Shown here piece after piece: positions 18,357 to 27,140 of a stretch of 58,134 nt of DNA. The notes under the pieces are model-generated. The model had not been told where the DNA came from, ran no database searches, and worked only from the letters and a program-made list of their open reading frames with translations. Numbering within the stretch: the stretch's first letter is position 1; each line of letters begins with the position of its first letter. A program made the translations under genes and the position numbers. Source of the DNA: an uncultured Bacteroidales bacterium (GTDB lineage: Bacteria; Bacteroidota; Bacteroidia; Bacteroidales; VadinHA17); NCBI GenBank assembly GCA_937871625.1, contig CALMRD010000276.1:1-58134 (forward strand), given 5' to 3'.

Positions 18357-19076
18357 TTACTTTGGCTTCCTGGCAAGCAGAAAGGAGAGATCGGTTCCGG
18401 GGATCACCTCCACAGGCTCCCTGCCGTACCTGAAGATGCGGCAGTTACGCGGACCGATGAGTGAGAGCTTCTTATCTTCCAGGAGAAACATTGTTCCCTC
18501 GCGCAGTCCGGCGACGAAGATATTCCTGTTGACCTCTATAAACTCCTGTATCCTCTGCTCACGTGTCTCTCCGGCATGGCCTGCAGGATTGGCATCAAGA
18601 TAATGAGGATTTATCTGGAAGGGTATCAGCCCGAAAGCCCTGAAAGAGGAGGGGGCCGTTACCGGCATGTCATTGGTGGTCATGATAGTCGGACATACCA
18701 CATTGGAACCTGCACTCCATCCTATATAGGGTGTGCCGCCAAGCACCATTTTTCTCACAGCTGCTATAAGCCCGTTTTCCCTGAGGCATTTGAGAAGCAT
18801 CCAGGTGTTGCCGCCGCCGACCACTATTGCCGGGGCATCCATGACAGCCTGAACCGGATCACTGAAGTGGTGAATGGATACGATATCGTGCCCCACCTCC
18901 CTGAACCGCGATCTTACCTTCTCCTCATAGGCATCGTATGAGAAGGTGACGGCTGCATATGGGATAAATAGTGCCTTCACTTTTCTGTTGCCAAGAAAAT
19001 TCCGGATATTGTTTCTGGGATACTCGAGATATGCCTCTCCGGCATTGGTCGAATTGCTGATAAGTAAAAGTCTCAT
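18357..19076 (-). CDS. pepE: dipeptidase E (peptidase S51)
   Basis: 239 aa, collinear with E. coli PepE (LLLISNST, FIPYA, VGGGNT, YIGWSAGSN, TTNDMP). Confidence 0.9.
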   Translation of the reverse strand: MRLLLISNSTNAGEAYLEYPRNNIRNFLGNRKVKALFIPYAAVTFSYDAYEEKVRSRFREVGHDIVSIHHFSDPVQAVMDAPAIVVGGGNTWMLLKCLRENGLIAAVRKMVLGGTPYIGWSAGSNVVCPTIMTTNDMPVTAPSSFRAFGLIPFQINPHYLDANPAGHAGETREQRIQEFIEVNRNIFVAGLREGTMFLLEDKKLSLIGPRNCRIFRYGREPVEVIPGTDLSFLLARKPK

Positions 19077-19117
19077 ATCTGTCGGGTTTCCGTTTTATGT
19101 TTGCAATTTCAAGGTTT

Positions 19118-19261
19118 CAACGCTCTGCTGTCCGCGCTGTTGTGTCAAATGTACAACGCACTTCTGCCCTCACTGTTGTACCAAATGTGCAACGCTCTGC
19201 TGTCTTGGCTGTTGAATCAAAGATACAACACCCTGCTGTCCGCACTGTTGCGCCAAAGATA
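19118..19261 (-). repeat. four tandem 36-bp repeats, each carrying a -7 promoter-like box facing pepE
   Basis: Units at 19118-19153, 19154-19189, 19190-19225 and 19226-19261 are roughly 70-80 percent identical (CAACGCTCTGCTGTC....CTGTTG..TCAAAGATA). The minus strand of each unit starts with TACATTTG, CACATTTG, TATCTTTG or TATCTTTG. Three of these match TAnnTTTG exactly. Confidence 0.9.
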
Positions 19262-19264
19262 CAT

Positions 19265-19299
19265 AAAAAAAAGAGAGGGTATTTCCGTGAAACACCCTC
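19265..19299 (-). terminator. rho-independent terminator of the OM beta-barrel gene
   Basis: On the minus strand: GAGGGTGTTTC-ACG-GAAATACCCTC (an 11-bp stem), then TC and T8. The single non-Watson-Crick position is a G-U pair on the minus strand but an A-C mismatch on the plus strand. It lies 38 nt after the stop at 19337. Confidence 0.85.
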
Positions 19300-19336
19300 C
19301 CGTTATCATGCCGGTGCGGCAACCCCGACGCTGCCG

Positions 19337-20389
19337 TCAGTCGTTGAATGTCATAGCTAATCCGACCTCAAAGGGATAGAGCTCCGGCCCTTTTCCCTTT
19401 TCGAACATCTGTGACAGGTAACAGGTGCCGTAAACATGAACCATTTCGTACCCTGCCCGTGCCGTGACACCGTATCTCAGGACATTGAGGCTGAAGTCGT
19501 CATGGTTTTTCTCCTTCTGTTTTCCGTCATCGTAATATACCACCTTGGTGTGGGAGCCCAGCTTTACTGCCCCGATGACCCCTGCCCCTATGTTTATGGT
19601 GCTTCTGTGCGTTACAGGTATCTGTAGTTCCAGTATCACTGGCAGGACTCCGTATACTGTTGCCAGCTTACTCTTTTCATAATTAATACCCTCAGCAGGA
19701 TAATATGGCGCCAGGATACCACCGTCAGCCGAATAGACCGAGTTGTTGCCGTCAAAACGGTAGTTGTTGAAGTTGACACCCAGTGCTGACACAATTCCGA
19801 AGTGGCGCGACAGACCCAGGCTTACCGACGGGGAGATGATATTGAAATTCGTGGATTTGGCCGTGTTGAGGTCGAGGTAGCTTTCGGCCATTACGGGGTT
19901 ACGACCCCACTGTCCGGTGGAGTAGCTGTTGAAGCCCAGTTCAATGCCTCCAAGGTGACCGTCAAAGTATCTTCTTGCCGGGATACAATCCTTATCCTCA
20001 TACTCATCTTCATCTTCAACACTCATCTCCGTGATCTCCCCGTCAGTCACTATCCTGACAGCCTTTTTCCCGATCCGAATCACCGTCTCGTCTCCCGTCT
20101 CCTCCACAGTCATGATACCGCCAATGTTGATGCGGGTGGTGTCCTCTGTCTCCACGGAAAGATCCATGGTTTCTTCAACCTCAATAAACACCTCTTCTGA
20201 CTCATCTGCAATGAGAGTGTCTGCCTCCGCTGCGATGCCCGCTTTGGCTTTAAGGGAATCCGGAGGAGTGACTTTTCCTGCCTCCGCTTCAAGTTTCTCA
20301 AGCTCCTTCAGTTTTTCTTCCTTCTCCTGTGCCTGCACCGGAAGGATCAGCGCAGTGATTACAGCAATTGCAAAAAATTTTCTCTTCAT
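19337..20389 (-). CDS. outer-membrane beta-barrel protein (porin-family-like), function unknown
   Basis: 350 aa. Signal peptide MKRKFFAIAVITALILPVQA, then an acidic low-complexity linker, then a C-terminal region of alternating-hydrophobic strands. It is the last gene of the ECF sigma operon. Confidence 0.7.
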   Translation of the reverse strand: MKRKFFAIAVITALILPVQAQEKEEKLKELEKLEAEAGKVTPPDSLKAKAGIAAEADTLIADESEEVFIEVEETMDLSVETEDTTRINIGGIMTVEETGDETVIRIGKKAVRIVTDGEITEMSVEDEDEYEDKDCIPARRYFDGHLGGIELGFNSYSTGQWGRNPVMAESYLDLNTAKSTNFNIISPSVSLGLSRHFGIVSALGVNFNNYRFDGNNSVYSADGGILAPYYPAEGINYEKSKLATVYGVLPVILELQIPVTHRSTINIGAGVIGAVKLGSHTKVVYYDDGKQKEKNHDDFSLNVLRYGVTARAGYEMVHVYGTCYLSQMFEKGKGPELYPFEVGLAMTFND

Positions 20390-20414
20390 GGCGTTTACTT
20401 AATTATTATTTCAC

Positions 20415-20482
20415 GGGTCGAATGAAACCTGCATGAATACAGTAGTCATTTACTGCTGTGAGTTGCTGCTCATGCAAGTTTC
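20415..20482 (-). repeat. palindromic intergenic element, locus A (1 unit plus a vestige to 20509)
   Basis: Arms GGGTCGAATGAAACCTGCATGAA (20415-20437) and TCATGCAAGTTTC (20470-20482) flank a 32-nt loop. It is homologous to the units at 27774, 27861, 28746, 36438 and 36508, and ends 25 nt before ATG 20389. Confidence 0.85.
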
Positions 20483-20526
20483 TGTTCTTTATTGGTGGGA
20501 CGATCGGGGCACCCGGAAAGTTACAG

Positions 20527-21522
20527 TCAGGGGTAAGTTTTTTTTACCGGGGCAGAGAAGGTGAGCAGCGAGGAGCTGAAATTCGTTGTAAGCGGTTCCC
20601 CTTCATTATTTTTTTCCTGTTCCAGTTCCATCTCCCATCCCAGTACTCTGTTCACTCCCCTGATGCACGCATTGGCAATCAGGTATCCGTCAACACTTTC
20701 CGGTTCTTTTGTTATCGCTCGCGCCAACATGGAGACACCCCGGACTATCCAGTTACGATCTCTCTCCGCTGCCTCCACAGGGTTGACAGCCTTCAGTTCC
20801 ACCGGGGCGAGGCGGGAGGCTTCCGGTGCGGCCGCCAGGATGGGGAGTTCCCCGGCAAAATCATGCATCGTAACAATAACGGCATCTGATGTATGCGATT
20901 CCGGGGTTCTGCTGCCTGCCCACTCTTCACTTATTGCATCGGGGGATGAGCTGGTCACTGAGGCATCAATGTTATTCTGTTGCTTTACAAGAGTTATACC
21001 CTCTGCCGGCAGGGTTCTGATGACCGGTGATGCCTCGGCAATGAGTGCTTCACTCATTGTCTGTGCCTCAGCTATTGTTATTGCCTCATCCACTTTTTCT
21101 GTCTCAGCAACTGCCGGCGCTGCTGATCGGGTGCCGGACTTCGTCACTAACGGGCCCAGGATTACCATGGCTGCCAGTGTCGCGGCGACAGTAAGGGTGA
21201 CAATCAATGTGCGTCTCATGGCGTAGGCAGCCGGAGCAGCTTTCAACATTCTGTTTCTGCCTTCCCACCTGTCGTTCAGCGGTGAGAGCCTGATTTTCCT
21301 GAAGCTCTCTGCGCGGATTCTTCTTTCAGGACTGGCGGCCAGAGCCTCCTCTGTCTCGGCAAGACTGTCACCACGGAGAGAATCATCGGCCCATGCCGCC
21401 GCAAGGAGGTCAAACTGATCATCTGTCAGTTCTTCCGGCCTGCGAAACAGCCTGCGGCCCGACGGCAGACTGTCACCAGACGGTGTCAGTCGCGGGAATT
21501 CCATATCTTCCGTTATTGCCAT
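20527..21522 (-). CDS. putative anti-sigma factor (single-pass membrane protein)
   Basis: 331 aa. Its start overlaps the ECF sigma gene by 10 nt. It has a cytoplasmic N-domain, one TM segment (LIVTLTVAATLAAMVILGPL) and an extracytoplasmic C-domain. The call rests on architecture and position only. Confidence 0.5.
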   Translation of the reverse strand: MAITEDMEFPRLTPSGDSLPSGRRLFRRPEELTDDQFDLLAAAWADDSLRGDSLAETEEALAASPERRIRAESFRKIRLSPLNDRWEGRNRMLKAAPAAYAMRRTLIVTLTVAATLAAMVILGPLVTKSGTRSAAPAVAETEKVDEAITIAEAQTMSEALIAEASPVIRTLPAEGITLVKQQNNIDASVTSSSPDAISEEWAGSRTPESHTSDAVIVTMHDFAGELPILAAAPEASRLAPVELKAVNPVEAAERDRNWIVRGVSMLARAITKEPESVDGYLIANACIRGVNRVLGWEMELEQEKNNEGEPLTTNFSSSLLTFSAPVKKTYP

Positions 21523-21998
21523 ACTGATGTCTTTACCAGATAGTTCCTGAGAGCCACACGCCCCCTGAAGATATAGGTTTTGACCTGTGCCTCGGAGAGT
21601 CCGGTGATTTCAGCTATCTCCCTGTAACTGTACCCTTCATAGTCCCGCAACAGAATGACCGAGCGCTGTGCTTGCGGAAGGGTCTCCAGGGCCCTGTGCA
21701 GCACCTCGTTAAGGTCGCTGCCGTTATCCTCCGCATATAGTGAGCTGTCATCATAGTATTCCACATCCACCAGCCTGGAGTCTTTCCTGATAACATCAAT
21801 CATCCTGTTGTATGCCGTTGAAAAGAGCCATGATTTCACGGCGCCGTACTCTATTTCAGTGACACACCGCCACAGCTTCTCGTAGGTATCCTGTACGATA
21901 TCGTCAGCCCTGTGGCTGTCCTTGATGCTGCGGAGGATAAACCGGTAAACATGGTCACCGAACTCCCTGACGGCGTTATTGTACTCTTTTATGGTCAT
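21513..21998 (-). CDS. ECF-type RNA polymerase sigma-70 factor
   Basis: 161 aa. Sigma region 2 (DIVQDTYEKLW) and a region 4 HTH (YSYREIAEITGLSEAQVKTYIFRGRVALR). Confidence 0.85.
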   Translation of the reverse strand: MTIKEYNNAVREFGDHVYRFILRSIKDSHRADDIVQDTYEKLWRCVTEIEYGAVKSWLFSTAYNRMIDVIRKDSRLVDVEYYDDSSLYAEDNGSDLNEVLHRALETLPQAQRSVILLRDYEGYSYREIAEITGLSEAQVKTYIFRGRVALRNYLVKTSVWQ

Positions 21999-22060
21999 TC
22001 AGGTCAATGCACTGACATCATAAAGACGGCTGTAAGATGGCAAATGTTACAGCTCTCAGG

Positions 22061-22107
22061 AAAAAAAAGCCGCCGGTGTGCAGTTTTCAACTGCTTCACC
22101 GGACGGC
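22061..22107 (-). terminator. rho-independent terminator of the GH16-like gene
   Basis: On the minus strand: GCCGTCCGGTGAAGCAGTT-GAAA-AACTGCACACCGGCGGC followed by T8. It begins 24 nt after the stop at 22131. Confidence 0.8.
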
Positions 22108-22130
22108 CTATTCAGTGATATAGGTTTTTC

Positions 22131-23717
22131 TTATTTCTCCTGGTAAACCCTGATCCAGTCGATCTCCATTGATGAGATCCCTCCTATGGGCTTGTCTACG
22201 CCGCCGGCAAGGTTTATATACATCTCCTCCTGGGGCACGCCGGTTGTCTGGCGCATCACCTCCACGCCATTGATCTTCCAGATTAGGCTCTGGGGCGTCC
22301 ACTCGAGGGTGTATATGTAGAAATCAGAGAGATACCTTGATCCGATGCTCTTTTTGTAATGGTTGCCAGGGGAGGAGAAGAGGTCAAACCAGACCTTTCC
22401 GTTTCCCGACCTGCAAACGTCAACATGAGGTGTAATTCTGTTACCGATCAGCCAGAAGGCGTTGCGGACATTGTGGTCGGCAAGCTTGATCTTGGCAGAG
22501 AAGATCCCGTATTTCTGCCTGAATGAGGCGCCGGTGTTAACTATACCGGAGGTAAAGTTGAAATCCTTGTTATAGAAACCCTTTGACGAATCCCATACCT
22601 TACCGGTTATCTTCTGTGGTTTGGTGATGATGCGAAGCACGCTGTGACGCACCTCTAAATTGTCCGAAGGTGTGTAATAGTGAAGATCAGTGGCAATACT
22701 GTAGCTGTCGTGAAGCAGTTTATCTCCCCAGTAGTATTTGTTGATCCATTTGCTGCTGTCAGGGGCAGGTCCGTCGAACTCATCGCTGAAAGTGAGTTTG
22801 CGGTTTTTGATGATATCAAACTTGTTGGAATCCTTAACGCTGAAGTACCATTTGATGTCAGGTGAACTCTTCAGGGTCTCATACTCCTTAAGCTCCTTGA
22901 ACATCTCACTCTTTTCGAACCGGCGCTTATCGAGCAGGTACTCTTTCCTCTCCGTAAACTCCTTAGTCTTGAGATACTCCTGGAGTTCATGGTACCTCTT
23001 CAGGCGTGCGGAATCCTTTACACCGGTGTAGTTGTGATATTCCTTTGAATTGCGGAACCTGTAATAGGAAACAATATCCGAAGCACTCTTTTTGGTTTTG
23101 AGTTCCTGCAGCTTCTGATATTCGGGAGTATCCCTGAATGTGACGGGCTTCATGTTTTTCTTCAGCAGGAAGGCCGATGAGGTCACCAGGGACTGCAACT
23201 CGGAGAACCTCTTCACCTTTTCGGGATTAAGATTCTTCTTAACCTCCTTGTCTTTCTTCAGTTTTTTGAATTCCAGCCACTTGCCATACTCCTCCGTATC
23301 CTTGAATGTCACCGGTTTCATCTTCTCCTTCTGCCTGAATTCAGGCGACTGCACGAAGAGCTGAAGATCTTCGATATCCTTTATTCTGGCTGATCCGTCA
23401 AGCGACTGGAAATTCTTCAGGAGGGCGCTGCCCTCTGTCCTGAAATATGATACAATGTCTTTTGCCTTCTGCAGGCCCATGAATTCAGTCTCCCTGGCGT
23501 GCTCCTCCGAGCCTTTGTAGGCAAGCGATTCTATCTCCTTCTTTTTCTGCATGAAGCCGGCCGAGTTGACACTCTCGTGCAATACGTTGTATCGTGCCAG
23601 TGCTTCAGAGCCGGCAAAGGCGATCATCTTTTCATACTCGGCAATCAGAGCCTTCTCTTCCTGTTCGATCTTGGAGGTTGAGGGGATCATCCCCAGCATC
23701 AGCTTTAAGGTTGACAT
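22131..23717 (-). CDS. GH16-fold (concanavalin-like glucanase) domain protein with repetitive charged N-terminal region; catalytic Glu residues absent
   Basis: 528 aa. The C-terminal ~215 aa has GH16 landmarks (FSDEFDG, SGIVNT, NAFWLIG, YTLEWTP, IDWIRVY). The ExDxxE motif reads HVDVCR instead. The N-terminal ~300 aa is Lys/Glu-rich with internal duplications. No signal peptide. Confidence 0.7.
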   Translation of the reverse strand: MSTLKLMLGMIPSTSKIEQEEKALIAEYEKMIAFAGSEALARYNVLHESVNSAGFMQKKKEIESLAYKGSEEHARETEFMGLQKAKDIVSYFRTEGSALLKNFQSLDGSARIKDIEDLQLFVQSPEFRQKEKMKPVTFKDTEEYGKWLEFKKLKKDKEVKKNLNPEKVKRFSELQSLVTSSAFLLKKNMKPVTFRDTPEYQKLQELKTKKSASDIVSYYRFRNSKEYHNYTGVKDSARLKRYHELQEYLKTKEFTERKEYLLDKRRFEKSEMFKELKEYETLKSSPDIKWYFSVKDSNKFDIIKNRKLTFSDEFDGPAPDSSKWINKYYWGDKLLHDSYSIATDLHYYTPSDNLEVRHSVLRIITKPQKITGKVWDSSKGFYNKDFNFTSGIVNTGASFRQKYGIFSAKIKLADHNVRNAFWLIGNRITPHVDVCRSGNGKVWFDLFSSPGNHYKKSIGSRYLSDFYIYTLEWTPQSLIWKINGVEVMRQTTGVPQEEMYINLAGGVDKPIGGISSMEIDWIRVYQEK

Positions 23718-23865
23718 TGCAGGTTGCTTTTTGGTATAGTTCGGATAAAGTTAAATATCTTTCAAACATTATAGTCGCATCAGCCAATTATTTGTTAATT
23801 AGGCAATAACAAACAAAATCGGATCAGTTGCGACAAATAGTTTATTTTCAACAGAATAAAAACGG

Positions 23866-24651
23866 ATGAAAAAGCTCATTATTGTTACCCTTCTGATAAT
23901 GGTGGCCTCCTGTGCCACTGTGAAACAAACAACCCAGTCCGCGGAGGAGGACCAGGACCATCTGATTCTTGCCACGCTATGGTACCAGAAATCAGCCGAG
24001 ATGCGCGCACTTTTCTACCAGTGCTTCCGGAATGCGGAGATCGCTCTTGCGGAAAACCTCGCATGGGCTGGCCGGGTGAAGCCCGCAGCCGTAGTTCTTG
24101 ATATTGACGAGACCCTGCTCGACAACTCCCCCTTCCAGGGATGGCAGGTATTTGAGAAGAAATCCTTCAACAATGACGACTGGTTCCGGTGGGTGGAGCT
24201 GGCACGCGCCAGGCCTCTCCCGGGTGCGGTGGAGTTCACCAGGTACGCCGATTCACTGGGAGTGGAGGTCTTCTATGTCTCCAACAGAACCGTGCAGGAG
24301 ATGGGACCCACAATTGAAAACATGGCAACCCGGGGATTTGTCAACGCCGACAGCACCCACATGCTGCTTAAGGAGACAACCTCCTCAAAGGTGGAGAGAC
24401 GGGCACTCATTGAAAAGGACTATGAAATTCTGTTGTTGGTAGGAGACAACCTCGCGGATCACAGCGGGCTTTACGAGAAACGGGGCTCTGACTACGGTTT
24501 TGAGGCTGTTGATGCTGACCGCCACCTGTTTGGCACGAAATACATTGTGCTTCCCAACCCCATGTACGGCAACTGGCTCAATGAGATTGTCCGGTCAGCC
24601 CCGGTCAGCACTGAGCATGAGAAACTTCTGAACATGCTTGAGGGGTTCTGA
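23866..24651 (+). CDS. 5'-nucleotidase / class C acid phosphatase, lipoprotein e(P4) family
   Basis: 261 aa. Lipoprotein signal MKKLIIVTLLIMVASC and the DDDD-superfamily motifs VVLDIDETLLDNS and VGDNLADH. Confidence 0.85.
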   Translation: MKKLIIVTLLIMVASCATVKQTTQSAEEDQDHLILATLWYQKSAEMRALFYQCFRNAEIALAENLAWAGRVKPAAVVLDIDETLLDNSPFQGWQVFEKKSFNNDDWFRWVELARARPLPGAVEFTRYADSLGVEVFYVSNRTVQEMGPTIENMATRGFVNADSTHMLLKETTSSKVERRALIEKDYEILLLVGDNLADHSGLYEKRGSDYGFEAVDADRHLFGTKYIVLPNPMYGNWLNEIVRSAPVSTEHEKLLNMLEGF

Positions 24652-24754
24652 CACCACCCCTGCAATTCTAAATATTTACAAATCCCCCCGAAATATTGTT
24701 GTATCAAAACATCAGTAATGATGTTATAATGTTGTTTTATAACAACAAATAATA

Positions 24755-24762
24755 TATATTTG
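24755..24762 (+). promoter_or_regulatory. candidate -7 promoter box (TATATTTG) for the DUF4143 ATPase gene
   Basis: Matches TAnnTTTG 22 nt upstream of ATG 24784. A GTTG lies 20 nt further upstream. Confidence 0.4.
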
Positions 24763-24783
24763 TGTTTTATTATCAAAACAATT

Positions 24784-25977
24784 ATGGAATCAATTCTTGA
24801 GCTCTCTGAGTCCAGAGTGACAAACATTTCCGCAAATCAGTCCCGGTATCTTATGAACCAAATACCCGGGGACCAGAGACTTGTATTGATCCGTGGCTCA
24901 AGAGGCACCGGCAAAACCACACTGTTGCTTCAATTTCTGAGGTCTCTTGAACTTCCCTCTTCCAGGGCTGTGTTTATAAGCCTAGATGACATTATTTTCA
25001 GTCGTCACCCAGCCGAGGATTTTACTGATTGGTTTGTCAAAAGAGGGGGAGAATACCTTTTTATTGACGAAGTGCACAGAAATCCTAATTGGTCTGTAAT
25101 TGTCAAATCACTGTACGACCGTTATCCGAATCTGAAAATGCTTATTTCCGGGTCTTCCGCATTACAGATGGAGAAGGGAGAAGCAGATCTCAGCAGGCGG
25201 ATGCTTACCTTAAATCTGAATGAACTTTCCCTGAGGGAATTTATTTCGATGAAATATGATATTGATTTCCCGGCAATATCTATAGAAGAGTTGTTGATTG
25301 GGCACGAAAGAATAGCCAGGGAAGTATCATCTCAGGCAAAGCCACTGATGTTTCTTGATGAGTACCTTAAATACGGGGCATACCCCTATTTCCTGGAAGG
25401 GATCCAATATTACCATGAACGTGTTGCAAATTCGGTCAAAGCCGTTCTCGACACTGATCTCCCGGCAGTTTCTGGTATTACTTATGGAACGATTCTTAAG
25501 ATCAGAAAACTGCTGTCGGTTCTTGCAGAAGCAGTTCCGTTCACTCCAAATATCAATGAACTCAGTGGCAGGGTAGGAATATCGCGTGATCTTTTGTACC
25601 GGTATCTTCACCTCCTCGAACAGGCTGGGCTGATATACCAGTTGAGGAGAGATTCAAGGGGTATCAGCATGATGTCGAAGCCAGAGAAAATATATCTTCA
25701 TAATACAAATCTTTCACAAGCGCTTACACTTCATCACCCTGACAAAGGATCGGAGCGCGAAACCTTTTTCTTAAACCAGGTCTCTGCCAGGTATAAAGTT
25801 AATTACCCTGACAAAGGGGATTTTGTTGTAGGTGGCAGGTACACAATAGAAGTAGGTGGCAGGAAGAAAACCGGCAGGCAAATAGCAGAAGTTGATAACG
25901 CTTTCGTCGTGAGGGATGATATTGAATATGGTTCGGGAAAAACAATTCCGTTATGGCTCTTTGGGTTTTTGTATTAA
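24784..25977 (+). CDS. AAA-family ATPase with DUF4143-like C-terminal domain
   Basis: About 397 aa. Walker A GSRGTGKTT and Walker B LFIDEVH. The sequence is visibly AT-rich compared with its flanks. The ORF-track start at 24760 is a TTG inside the promoter box. Confidence 0.8.
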   Translation: MESILELSESRVTNISANQSRYLMNQIPGDQRLVLIRGSRGTGKTTLLLQFLRSLELPSSRAVFISLDDIIFSRHPAEDFTDWFVKRGGEYLFIDEVHRNPNWSVIVKSLYDRYPNLKMLISGSSALQMEKGEADLSRRMLTLNLNELSLREFISMKYDIDFPAISIEELLIGHERIAREVSSQAKPLMFLDEYLKYGAYPYFLEGIQYYHERVANSVKAVLDTDLPAVSGITYGTILKIRKLLSVLAEAVPFTPNINELSGRVGISRDLLYRYLHLLEQAGLIYQLRRDSRGISMMSKPEKIYLHNTNLSQALTLHHPDKGSERETFFLNQVSARYKVNYPDKGDFVVGGRYTIEVGGRKKTGRQIAEVDNAFVVRDDIEYGSGKTIPLWLFGFLY

Positions 25978-25984
25978 TTTGCCG

Positions 25985-26032
25985 ATCGTAATCGCAAAAT
26001 TCACATTAAAATTGCGAATATAATCTTACGAT
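25985..26032 (+). other. nested hairpin just after the ATPase stop codon
   Basis: An outer stem ATCGTAA / TTACGAT and an inner stem TCGCAA / TTGCGA enclose a 14-nt loop. There is no U-tract, so a terminator role is uncertain. Confidence 0.3.
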
Positions 26033-26291
26033 TAAACTGATTAACATCCGGAAGCCCGGCAAGAATTCAAGGATGCCGGTTGTTTTTACTGAATCATATC
26101 CCGGATCCCACGGAACTGTAATCACCCTGGACAATTTTGAAGACTTTCTGCTCTGATTATTCTGGTATAATCACCATCAACTGAGCAAATTCTATTTTCC
26201 TGATCGATTAGGATTGTATTCATTCAAGACATTATAAATAAATCCTTTACGTCGACGACTATATAAATAGACGAAAAAACATTAATGTCCA

Positions 26292-27051
26292 CTAAAAATT
26301 AAAACACAATTGAGCTTGACCATTATCAGTCATATCCTCTACTGTATCAGTTCTTTCAAAGAGTTCTCTGATCGGAGTTTTATCGAAAAGCGACATGCTC
26401 AGGATACGGAGAACATTAAAAGTACTGCGATTAAGGTGAAGGTCATGTTCTATAATGGCAACAAGACAATATGCCGTGATTTCCGAAAATATTTGTATTC
26501 TGACGGCATATTCGGTAATTCCCCGGAAAGACTTTACATGCAGATGTTGTTTTATCCACCAAAAACCACTCTACCTGCCATCGATTTTTATAAAGCAAGG
26601 CAATATACTCCGCTTTAACTTCAAATCTGTCAGTAAGATATGTAAAGCTCCTGTTGTGTTCCGTAGAATAATAAACAATATGCCGGAGAAGACACGGATA
26701 TTTTTTCCCTGTTTGTTGTCCGGTAAGACGTATCGTTTGGTCAAAGAGAATATTATCAGGACCTTCGAGAAGATCTTCACCCTCAACAATTTCATGTTGA
26801 AGATGACCTCTTTGTCTTATTACGAAGTAGGATCCGATGAGATTAACTGTAAAAAGTCGTTCTAGGTCAAAGTAACCTCTGTCAAAGATATAGTATGCAT
26901 TGGGCTCATAAGGAATATCATCCATGGCATTCATATCATGGACTCTGGCCTGGGTTATATGAAGAAAAGACATTTTCATTTTCATCATCTTGTACAATGC
27001 CTGATCAGCGGGTGATTTTTTCTGAAAAAAATTTGCTTTTTCAAAAATCAC
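26292..27051 (-). pseudogene. IS4-family transposase remnant (5'-truncated and frameshifted)
   Basis: ORF 26443..27051 contains the DDE blocks YIFDRGY and LYKNRWQVE. After the A/T run near 26557-26570 the homology continues in another frame (FWWIKQHLHVKSFRGITEYAVRIQIFSEITAYCLVAII...LFDKTPIRELF) to a TAG at 26292-26294. The N-terminal DNA-binding region and the first catalytic Asp are missing. Confidence 0.8.
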
Positions 27052-27140
27052 ACCTTATCTTTGACCGACCGTTCAGTCATAAAGACGGTTTTTTATAGGG
27101 GGAATTATTGGTTAACCGGTCATTCAAAAAGAGATAAGGG

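Noticed and set aside
19097-19379. Two overlapping plus-strand ORFs (87 and 92 aa) with 12-aa repeats (NALLSALLCQMY-like)
   Set aside because: They are a by-product of the 36-bp (12-codon) tandem DNA repeat. They run through a terminator and into the convergent gene end, with no start context.
20561-21226. 221-aa plus-strand ORF
   Set aside because: It is antisense to the anti-sigma gene, which is anchored by a 10-nt overlap with the ECF sigma gene. The translation is Ser/Ala-rich with no motifs.
26310-26865. Plus-strand ORFs of 102 and 136 aa
   Set aside because: They are antisense to the IS4 transposase remnant in AT-rich DNA and have no motifs.
27052-27140. TetR operator: GGTTAACC palindrome at 27110-27117 and ACCGxTCA-like repeats upstream of tetR
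   Set aside because: These are short palindromes of this size expected by chance in about 90 nt. There is no longer dyad symmetry and no -7 box to anchor them.
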